Shown one piece after another: positions 54,411-64,000 of a stretch of 64,000 nt of DNA. This DNA comes from Schmidtea polychroa. Taxonomy: Eukaryota. The notes under the pieces are model-generated. The model did not search any database. It worked only from the letters and a program-made list of their open reading frames with translations, and was not told where the DNA came from. A program made the translations under genes and the position numbers. How positions within the stretch are numbered: the first letter of the stretch is position 1; each line of letters opens with the position of its first letter. The stretch is from positions 44,766,001 to 44,830,000 of the forward strand of contig CM097885.1 in NCBI GenBank assembly GCA_044892525.1, given 5' to 3'.

Positions 54411-57051
54411 TCTAGTGGTCTTACTATTAATATTCTTAATTAAAATCACAAATCCTTTCACTGAGCCAACTGTTGATAGTGAACCATCTGTAAAATTTCC
54501 TATACATGATTTCCAATTTAAATTGTGAGTTTCCAAATAGGAATTTAATACATTACATGTGTACACCTTTCGTTGTTTTTTCAAGTTATTACCGAAAAAA
54601 AAATTGGTTTGTAACTTTTTATTATAAAAAATGCGAAAAAATGTAAGCAATTTGGCATTTTCCGCAATATCAGTTGACTCATCTACTTGAATTGTAAAAA
54701 TTTCACTTCTTTATATATGTAACTACATTTTCTTCTAAATCTTTAGACATATCACAAATTCGTCTGCTAATAGCATTCTCAGGCATAGGTATTTTTTAAA
54801 CTTTATTTTCTGCTTTATCACCAAAATGCTTCTTTACTATAGCATAGGAAGTAGGAAGAATAAATTTTCGGCATCAGTGTGGAACTTCATGTTTATTGTA
54901 ATCAGGCGAAGTAGGCGGCCGCCTAGTGCGCTCAATTTTGTAAGGCGTAAAAATATTTTTATAAATTATTTCTTGAATATAGAAAAAAAATTATTTATTA
55001 AAATATGCGTTTGATAATTTAACATTTTTTTATAAGAAATTTATCTTCAAATAATACTTGAATTTAGCTGTATTCTAGCTCAAATTTGGTGACGTCTCGT
55101 TAGGGTTTGTATGCATTTCTTAGAATTATAAAATCAAAGAATATTTTTTTGTAGAATTTTAAATTACAAATGTGGCCATGTCCCCTAATATATATAAGCT
55201 AGCCTCATCAAACTTTGCAAATTAGTCAAGGTTGGTCAGGTTAGGTTAGGCAAAGTTTTGTTGGGTTAGCTTATACAGTTATATAGATTGACAAAATTTC
55301 TATAGCCGCCCCTGATTGTAATTAGTTCAACTACTAAATTCCTGGCTTCCTGGGTTTTATCGGAAGTTTTTACCATTTTACTAAAACTTTGTTTCTTCTG
55401 TAAATGTAAACATCTTTCAAAATACTATCTAGGTTTGTCAACAAGATTACTATGCTTTTGAGTTAAGTGCCTTTTTAGCTTGCTGGGTACCATTCCTTCA
55501 TTGGACAATGTCAACACAAATAAAGTAATTTGAACTATGATTATACTTATCTTCATACCAAGTTAATCCTAAATTTAAGTAACTTTTTCGTTTTCAAAGA
55601 AATATTGTTTAAAGAGGAAACTGTCAAAGATATTTCTTCTTCATTTATACTTACTCTTCTTGAGTATTCACTGCGATCATCTTGATCAAAGTTCTTGCTA
55701 CAGGGTTCCCCGACTATAAATTTGAGTTTCTCGAAAATAATCAAAATTTGAAAATTTATATGTTTTTTCAAATTAAATGCGCACTTAAATATAAGACGCG
55801 CATTTTATTCGAATATCAGCTAAGTCTTTCGGGTAGTTCTATATAAATAAAAATTAACTAACATTGTAAATTTTAAAGCTTAATTTCTTAGTTATATTTC
55901 ATTCTGTAAAATAAATAATAATTGAAGAAAAAGTAATAATTTATAAATGAATTTCATAATTTTAAACCGTAATATTCATTGAGCTTAACAATGTGGATAT
56001 TTTTTTCTATCACCACCAGCTAGGGTTGCCACATGTTGAGAGGCTCAAAGTAGGACAAATCAATAACCAAAAAAAAATGATGAATAAAAAACAATTTAAA
56101 TTATGAATTTAATGATGAATTTAAAAACAATTTTAAAAACAATGTAAATAAAAGAATTTTTTACACAGCAGTTTTTATTTATTATGTCTAAACTTATATT
56201 TTTGATCATTCTTTGCACATTTTAATAATTCAATGTTTTAATCTTTCAACTATTTCCGAAAATATTTCAAAATTTGGTATTTTGTTAATGAATTATCAAT
56301 TTGTAATTTCGATAAATTAACGATTAAAGAATTTTCATCGAAATCAAATCTTGCTTTTACATAAGACAAAGCTTTTTCTTAAACATTTAAAAACTCGTTT
56401 TCAAACTGTTGCTTTTCATATAAAGATAAACCCAAATGTATTTTTAAATTTTTAATGATATTCTAATATCTAAAATAATTTCAATTCTTTATTTAATACT
56501 TAATATTAAAAAATACTTAATTTTAACAAATTTTTATTAAAACTGATTTTATAAAAATAAATAAAATCAAATACATACAAGCATGTTCATAAACATTTTC
56601 AGAATTTTTTTTAAATATTTTAATCTAGATGTCTATGCTTTGAATTTTAACGAGAAAACGGCTTTGAACAAATCATGTCCCTTTGCATTAAGGTTTAAGA
56701 ACCGGTTCAAACGAAGTCACTATAATGTTATTACAGTTTGTTAATAATAACCAGTTAATAATCTACAAATATTTATTTTTAATACAAAATACAAAATACA
56801 AATTATTGCCTAAATCTGGTATTATTAAAACACCCGATTTAAATGGCGAATTAATTAATTAAATAATAATGCTAATTATGCGTGCCAGCTTTTATACTTA
56901 TTATACTTTTACTTATAATATAATATATATTTTATTTATAAATTAATTATTTAAATATCCCTAACATAGTTCTCGTATTTTTTAAAAAACAAGTAATTAT
57001 CATTATGTCTGCGCTATTCATAGTTTGCGGCAGTACAGTTGAAAACCACTG
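54411..57051 (-). mobile_element. Degenerate hAT Charlie/Buster-type transposon with nested insertions
   Basis: 5' end CAGTGGTTTTCAAC at 57051. Fragments MVPSKLKRHLTQKH, ISRRICDMS, FTIQVDESTDIAENAKLLTFFR and WKSCIG..TDG....G..KGFV. Another hAT end (TAGGGTTGCCA) lies at 56021. Confidence 0.8.
54903..55314. mobile_element. hAT-type MITE, 412 bp, nested in the Charlie element
   Basis: CAGGCG...GCCGCCCCTG ends with a perfect 8-bp TSD ATTGTAAT. Confidence 0.8.
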
Positions 57052-58108
57052 AATTAAAGTAACAAATAACGTATGCACTTTTAGTTAGTATTTCATCAAC
57101 ACTTTGTGTCATTACTTTATTTGATGCGATATAAGATCAGTGTAAAAAGAAAGAACGATATCTACTAGTGTGAGAAAGGAATCGCGAGGGATTCTCGAGG
57201 CAAGAATCTTATGACTTTTCAAAGAACAGTGTTTGATCTTCTAATGGTTCAAAAATGGCGAGCAGAATATGATAAACTGATATAACTTCAGTATGTAGAC
57301 CAATAAAATATTGAAAAATACAAGTGGGGATCAGGTTGGCAACAATCATTCCTTGAATTAGAAGTTATCACCTGGGATTGGATCGTTGACAGGAGAGTGG
57401 GAGATTTGGTTGTACGTAATATTAATATTCAAGTATTTGCCCTTACTAATATTCCCTTATTAAAATTAATTAACTCACCAATGTGGAAACCCAGAAGAAT
57501 CAACAAAATATTTAGTGATAAAATGTTTCAATCGGGAAGCTGGAAATTTGTTATTATAACAATTAGGATCGAAATTCAGAAATAATTGCTCGATATCAAT
57601 AAAATCATTATTTTAACTTCAATATAAAAAGAGAGCTGAAAAAGAGAATGACCGCCAGTATTTGAATTATTTGAGACGAATTAGAAAGTAATCAAGCAGA
57701 AGTCAACGAAACGAAAGAAACAAACTTTGAATATAACTCCAAATCAACTTAACGTTCCAGACAAGGCGATCACCCATTGGGCTGTCAGTCTTAACGTTAA
57801 TCAGATAAGTTTCTCAAGAAAAGTGTAAATTGAAATGAGAATCAATACATTTATTCTGTGTGATCTTAGTCATTTGATAATTAACAATTACACAACTAGT
57901 CAAGAATTAACCGACTTAATAATTAATAACCGAACAATATCTTAAAAATTCAACCTAAAAATATAGATATAATAGCATTTAGTTAGAAATTGTCATCATT
58001 ATGATCGGAAGAAAATTTTTACATATTCAAAAGTTATTTAGTTTTAGATGTATTCTATTTTTAATCATTTATTTTCGTAATTTTGGATTTAGTTATAAAT
58101 AAAAATGT

Positions 58109-59505
58109 GGCTAGTATTTAATTGAGCATTAATAATATATTGAATGAGCATTAATATAATAAAGCTTTATCATTAATTTAATAGCATTATAGAAATTACT
58201 ATTGAGCATTAATTTTTTTAAAGAACTACATTAATTTAAATGAAAAAATACATTAATCGATTTAAGAAAAAACATAAGAATAAAAAAGATCATTATTTAA
58301 TATTATTTTGAAATTGAAAAATTTCACAGATCATCATTTACGAAATTTTCATTGTCTTAGTAAAGCTAATTTAGCTTTCGAAGGTCTGTCTTTCTTGCGT
58401 TTGGTTTCAATATCGACATTTTTTGCCTTTGGTGGGGGTTTGCAATACTTTAATTTGATCACCATATCAACTAGATGCTTGCAAATGTAGTGCTTTAAAA
58501 ATGCCAGATAGATACAAGTACATGTCTTCCATATTTCTCCATTGTTTGGTAGGGACACACACCAAATGCGGAATTGTGTAGCTCGGAAGGTCTCGATCGT
58601 AGCGTTTTATATCTTTATCTGAGATGTTAACAGTTTTGATGATGGTACATAATATGTTGTAGTCTCTACATCAGTATATGGGATTGAAATCACTTCATTG
58701 TTTGACTTTGCTCTATTGTAGCAACCAGTCCAATGTGAAAGTTAAATAGTTGTTACTTCTTTGTAACATTTTGAATTTTTATATCTCTTGGATCGCGCTC
58801 TTTTTACCACTTTTTAAAAATTTCAAAAACAACCACAGTAAATCTTTCTAGCACTAAACTTTCGCGTAGAGTATCTTCACCTTAGATAACGATGGCGTTG
58901 TTGATGCTTGGTGTAAACATTTGCAGGCCTTCATACCAATTGTTCTTTGATGACAACCACTCATTTGTAAAATATTCGAAGAATCTATTTTTATTTTTCC
59001 ATTTCTTTAAAAACCACTGCGTTGCCATGTTAAATTGTTTCGTATCTTTTTATATCTGCAATATCTCAATATCTTCCATTATCTCCTACTGTGATTCTTT
59101 GCTTTCAACCAAACTCAATAGTTTTATCAACACACCATTTCATGTGTGCCCAGTACATAACCATATTATTGCTTTTAAACACCCTTCGGAATGAATTTCT
59201 TATTGGCTCTGAGCCATCTGCAATCAATATTAACCATTTTCTCTTGCACCATTTTGTAGTCTGTTGAAAACAAATTCGAAATCTTTTTGCTTTTATTGGA
59301 GTGTGCTACGCGTTGTAATTGAACCATTTAAAACTTTGAATTTGAAATACTGCTAATTACAAATTAATAATGCAAGGATAACAAAAAAATGTACCTTAAT
59401 ATAATTATTGCCCATAAAATATAAATGACGATCATTCAATATAATTAATGTTAAATTTCTTTAATTCTCATTTAAAAAAAATTAATGCTCGGTTAAATAT
59501 TGCTC
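58109..59505 (-). mobile_element. Internally deleted MULE with SWIM-finger remnant
   Basis: Perfect 9-bp TSD TAAAAATGT. TIR ggctagtatttaattgagcattaat / attaatgctcggttaaatattgctc. Fragments NWYEGL..TPSINNA and CTC...FLKHYICKH...KRKKDRPSKAK.AL. Confidence 0.88.
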
Positions 59506-59553
59506 TAAAAATGTCTATATACATAATACATAATACTATTTTTTTCAATCTAG

Positions 59554-59797
59554 AAGAGCAGATTATCCAAGTTTAAATGCCGGATATTTTAATGATTCCG
59601 ATAACTCCTCGGACGAAACTTCAACCATTGTAGAAACGACAATATCTGAATCTATCAATAATATACTATTCCTTGATCGAAGCAAAATCAGATTTGGGGG
59701 TACATTTTCCGAAGACGATGTAGAAGACGTTCGAAAATTTTCAACCACACTTATTATAATTGCTTTTATAATACCTTACTGGTTACTTTATTTTCAG
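59554..59797 (+). CDS. SLC15A4: SLC15A4-like transporter, exon 4 (gene continues beyond window)
   Basis: tctag|...CAG|gtgatt, phase 2-0. ...LFLDRSKIRFGGTFSEDDVEDVRKFSTTLIIIAFIIPYWLLYFQ matches the SLC15A3/4 GG.F....VEDVK...IPYW.VYFQ pattern. Confidence 0.92.
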
Positions 59798-60337
59798 GTG
59801 ATTTTATCTGTTTAAAATTATGTTATTGTTTGATAACTTTGTTTATTTGTAAACATTTTTTCTAATCTTGGAAATTTATTTAAAATTTCCTTTATTCTTC
59901 CATAGCCGCAACGTATCCAAGTCATAAAATTTATTTTTTAAATTATTTACATTTTGATTACCCTCTAATACGTTTTTTGGAGTACAAAAGCAAATTAAAC
60001 AAATACAACTAAATGCAGAATGGGTTCAATGTCGTAATCACAACCTTAATCTAATCATAAAATATTCCCGAGATTTTTCAATTTTTTACAGCTGTCCAGG
60101 ATTTTTACAGACTTTTTAATTAGTATTAATAGTTGAGATATTTTTTCAAACATAACCGGAGAATCTAAAATTACTCTAAAATCATTGAATCACATTAAAT
60201 TCTAGGGACGTCACGCATCAATTATAGCTTTAAAGTAGATGGATTGGGCACCGCTGGCACAGGGCACCGCTAGCACAGTACCCCCCCCCCGCCGGTAAGA
60301 TTTTCAAAAATATTCTAAGTCTAAAAGTACATTTTTT

Positions 60338-60957
60338 TCAAGGTCAAATTTAAACAAAGACATATGACTCATCAAGGTCATTGAAACAGAGACCATGACT
60401 CATCATATGACTCATCAAATTCCTCAAGGTCATTTAAACAAAGACCATGACTCATCCTATGACTCATCAAGGTCATCTTCAAGGTCATATGACTCATAAT
60501 ATGACTCATCAAGGTAAAAAAAATTTCTCAAGGTCATTTAAACAAAGACCATGACTCATCAAGGTCATATGACACATGCTATGACTCATCAAGGTCATTT
60601 TCAAGGTCATATGACCCATCCGATGAGTCATAAAAATTTTCAAGGTCACTTAAACAAAGACCATGACTCATTCAAGGTCATTTTCAAGGTCATATGACTC
60701 AATCAAGGTCATTTTCAAGGTCATACGACTCATTCAAGGTCACTCTCAAGGTCATATGACTCATTCAAGGTCATTCTCAAGGTCATATGACTCATACTAT
60801 GACTCATCAAAAAATTTCAAGGTCATATGACTCATACTATGCCTCATCAAAAATTTCAAGGTCATCTGAGTCATCCTATGACTCATCAAGGTCATTTTCA
60901 AGGTCGCATGACTCATCCAAGGTCATATGAGTCATCGCGATGAGTCATCAAGGTCAT
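60338..60957. promoter_or_regulatory. Dense array of TGA(C/G)TCA (AP-1) and TCAAGGTCA (NR5A/ERR-type) motifs in the Maverick terminal region
   Basis: By-eye count of about 21 TGASTCA and about 22 TCAAGGTCA in ~620 bp. The repeat is certain; a regulatory role is inferred. Confidence 0.6.
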
Positions 60958-61136
60958 ATTATTATTTTTAAAAATATTATTATTTTTATTATTATTTTTA
61001 AAAAATATTATTATTTTTAATTTTTTCAAAGTTCCCGTCAACGAAAATTAATAATCGATAGCTCATTTTAAAGCTCAATCCAAGGCCTTTCGAATGAGCC
61101 ATATATCTTGTTATTAAGATTATTATTTCTAAAGAT

Positions 61137-61205
<69 letters not shown>

Positions 61206-61382
61206 CTATATACATCGAGTCTATATACTCCGAGTCTATATACTCCGAGTCTATCCGACAAAATATTTTGTCCCCCTATGGGTAATGCTCACAAGGGTAC
61301 TGGTCACGCTCAACAAATCAACAAATCAACAAAACATACATTTATTTAAACAATAAAATAATGTAAAATTAACAAAGGTAAA

Positions 61383-61874
61383 CTAAATATATATAGTATG
61401 ATATTCATTAATCAGTGTTGAACAGGCTTGACACTTGCGAACATTCTTCTCGTGACACTTAGAACAAACAATTACATGACCACATGGTAAATACAAAACC
61501 GAAACTCGATTTTCTTTACAAATTGAACAAGTTAAATACCTTTTCTTAACCTCGTTCAGTTTTTTCGTTAGCTTATTTTCAATCAAATCGGTTTTTGCTA
61601 TCCAATCATAAATCAATCTACTATACCCAGGTTTCAACCTTAAATACATACAACTCCAAAAGTATTCATTCAGTGAATCATTGTTTACTGCTATTTTTTC
61701 TAAGTACATTAAATAACAAGATAACTTTAAAATGGATTTCTCATAATTAAATAAATCAAACAAATATTCAATAGAGGAATGTTTGAAAATCTTTAAAATA
61801 TTTATGAGTTGCTTATCACTGTAAGTATCATGATTATTTATAAAATCTTCAACTGTGTTGTTAAAAAATTTCAA
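61383..61874 (-). CDS. IAP-type C-terminal RING (C3HC4) protein, putative E3 ligase, Maverick cargo
   Basis: Ends CSICKENRVSVLYLPCGHVIVCSKCHEKNVRKCQACSTLINEYHTIYI*; no BIR motif seen. The ORF starts at TTG and the nearby ATG (61899) is out of frame, so the 5' end may be frameshifted. Confidence 0.8.
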   Translation of the reverse strand: MKFFNNTVEDFINNHDTYSDKQLINILKIFKHSSIEYLFDLFNYEKSILKLSCYLMYLEKIAVNNDSLNEYFWSCMYLRLKPGYSRLIYDWIAKTDLIENKLTKKLNEVKKRYLTCSICKENRVSVLYLPCGHVIVCSKCHEKNVRKCQACSTLINEYHTIYI

Positions 61875-62149
61875 TGAAATTTTGGAATAGGTTGGACATA
61901 ATTTTTCCTTATTTCTAGTAGGACTTCCTTGCTATAAATGGTATATATAAAAAAATATTGACAAAATAATAAAGTTACCAAATGTGTTACACATTCATCA
62001 GTTTTATTTATAGAAATCATTAGTAATAAATTTCTTAATAACTAAATTACTTTTGTTCTTACATTTATAAAATTGTGATAGCCAATCAAAATATAGTTTT
62101 CAAAATGTAGAAATTGTAACCATCAAATGTATAATAAGCATGACTAGTA

Positions 62150-62169
62150 ACCTTGCAAGCTGTTTAAAG

Positions 62170-62259
<90 letters not shown>

Positions 62260-62289
62260 GCAAGCTGTTTAAAGTTTTATTATTATTAA

Positions 62290-62322
<33 letters not shown>

Positions 62323-62337
62323 GCAAGCTGTTTAAAG

Positions 62338-62377
<40 letters not shown>

Positions 62378-62460
62378 GTGATTGATATAGCTGCATGCTC
62401 ACTGCAGACTATATAAAAATATACTGATATAGCTGCATGCTCACTGCAGACTATATAAAA
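62150..62460. repeat. Compound repeat: 3x gcaagctgtttaaagtttt(att)n, then 2x tgatatagctgcatgctcactgcagactatataaaa
   Basis: Directly visible between the RING gene 5' end and the PolB 3' end. Confidence 0.9.
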
Positions 62461-62646
62461 ATCACCATTAAATATAAAAAAATTATAATAAAACAACAAA
62501 TACTTGAAATAATTTAAAAAAAAAATCTGATTACAAATTTTTATTCAATATGTATATATATAAATACAAGTTATAATACATGTTATAATACAAGTTATAA
62601 ATACAAGTTTTTGTAAATAAAAGTTTCTATACAATTTTCAGTTGTC

Positions 62647-64000
62647 TTATTGATCTTCATCCCATTCGCTGTCGTCGAAACTGGGACTTGGAGCTGCACT
62701 GAATTCCTCATCATATTCACTAAATTCGTCAACTCCTAAATAGTGCCCAAATGCGTAACTTATGTTTTTGTCTAGCCACGCGCGCTTATCATCATTATTA
62801 CTTAGGGCAATTTTCGAATTTTTAAAAGTAAAAAGTTGGTGATTTCTAGTACCTATTCTAGTCTGCGGTACAGAAATCACCTGATTTGAATGAAAGCAAT
62901 TTAGATATGTTTCATGATTTATTGATGTCCCTGGTAATTTAACCCCCTTCGCTTTTACCGTTTCCTTACTACCTAAAAGACTATAACATTTAGGGCGTAA
63001 GAAAACCCATTCAGAATAACCTAATCCCTTGCTCTCATCTTTAAACTTCCCGATGACAGAGTCAAGGTTCCTATTATACAAGGGGTGTGTTGGATCGTAA
63101 TTTGACGTATCCAATAAATTATCAGAGATCATCTGAGGTAATAGAGTTGTTAATTTTAAATTTTTTATTTCTAGAAAAAAGCTGTCGGTATCACCGGCAA
63201 TAATATTTATAATACATTTATATTGACGTCTGTACTTCTCCAAATCAATATATTGGAGCTGGTACATCCGCAGTTTAGACAGATCTAGTACTGTTTGACC
63301 GATGTTGCTAGGTCTGTCTAAACAAATTGAATCTTTTTCCAAATGTGCCGCAATCAGATCGTTATCGATTCTTATAGACTTTCTGAAAGTCGGCTTTGAG
63401 AAGTATACTATCATCTTTTCGGATGAATTACACAACCTCAAATTCATTCGTTTTTTCAGATTTTCAACGGATTTACCGTACAGACTGTTATTATACAATT
63501 TAAACAAGTCCCTATATATCTCGCTAGTAGACTGAGATCGTAAAGTGGTGTTGGTGTCTATGTAGGATTTAAAGATAGGTCCTTGTTTAAACTTTATACA
63601 TCTATGAATATTTACAAAAACCGCACCTAATTCTATATACAATTTGAGAAGCCTCCAATGAAGAACATAGTTCCTCTTTGGCCAATGCGTAAGCATAAGC
63701 TTCTCAACTTTTGAATTAGGCGGGCACAACTTTTCCGGCGCAAGCGGAAAATCATTCAAAAAGTCATGCACACATTCCGGAATATCGATATCGACCTCCA
63801 TAGTATACCCATATGGAAGGTTATCAATATCCGTGTTCATACATTCAAGTAAAACATCATTCAAGTTATCATTCACCCAAGAAAAATCACCATACGGAAA
63901 ATTTTGACTAAGAGCCCAACCATACAGATTATTTATATCAATGTACAATAATTCTGTATCATCTGAAGTAGCCGTGTAATGTTTGTTAACAAATGTTAAC
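62647..64000 (-). CDS. polB: Protein-primed family B DNA polymerase (Maverick/Polinton pPolB), C-terminal part
   Basis: Uninterrupted, intronless frame open to the window edge. Motifs YIDINNLYGWALSQ, HDFLNDFPLAPE, KLYNNSLYGKSVEN, AGDTDSF, IGKFKDE, FLRPKCY, KAKGV and KIALS..DDKR. Confidence 0.95.
   Translation of the reverse strand, partial: LTFVNKHYTATSDDTELLYIDINNLYGWALSQNFPYGDFSWVNDNLNDVLLECMNTDIDNLPYGYTMEVDIDIPECVHDFLNDFPLAPEKLCPPNSKVEKLMLTHWPKRNYVLHWRLLKLYIELGAVFVNIHRCIKFKQGPIFKSYIDTNTTLRSQSTSEIYRDLFKLYNNSLYGKSVENLKKRMNLRLCNSSEKMIVYFSKPTFRKSIRIDNDLIAAHLEKDSICLDRPSNIGQTVLDLSKLRMYQLQYIDLEKYRRQYKCIINIIAGDTDSFFLEIKNLKLTTLLPQMISDNLLDTSNYDPTHPLYNRNLDSVIGKFKDESKGLGYSEWVFLRPKCYSLLGSKETVKAKGVKLPGTSINHETYLNCFHSNQVISVPQTRIGTRNHQLFTFKNSKIALSNNDDKRAWLDKNISYAFGHYLGVDEFSEYDEEFSAAPSPSFDDSEWDEDQ

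Larger units (their letters stand above)
60234..64000. mobile_element. Left end of a Maverick/Polinton element (runs off window) in SLC15 intron 4
   Basis: Starts AGTAG, followed by a GC-rich direct repeat (ggcaccgctggcacag/ggcaccgctagcacag), a C10 run, a repeat array, a RING gene and a protein-primed PolB. The second TIR and TSD are outside the window. Confidence 0.85.

Overview
Very AT-rich, repeat-dense eukaryotic genomic DNA with (AT)n and (AAT)n microsatellites, 43-46 nt minimal introns and many DNA transposons. A planarian-like invertebrate source is an inference. Two intron-rich host genes sit head-to-head about 550 bp apart. On the minus strand is a Ser-Gly/SEA/LDLa gene resembling the perlecan N-terminus (5 phase-compatible exons, 24397 to 444, continuing off the left edge). 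On the plus strand is an SLC15A4-like POT/PTR peptide transporter (4 exons, 24948 to 59797, continuing off the right edge). Their introns contain pogo/Tigger, hAT, MULE, piggyBac-MITE and Chapaev-like remnants, two actin retro-fragments, an 18S rRNA fragment and a small antisense 4-exon gene. The most striking structure is a 12.86 kb, essentially non-coding fold-back element (32373-45235) with ~6 kb near-identical inverted arms and a 928 bp spacer. It has Maverick/Polinton-type 5'-AGTAG...CTACT-3' ends and is inserted into a (TA)n tract. It shares a distinctive ~80-110 bp motif with a pPolB-encoding Maverick/Polinton that begins at 60234 in the same host gene, so it is a candidate non-autonomous 'all-TIR' Maverick satellite. 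That Maverick's terminal region is a dense array of AP-1 (TGASTCA) and NR5A/ERR-type (TCAAGGTCA) motifs, and it carries an IAP-type RING gene. All calls are by eye; no database search was run.
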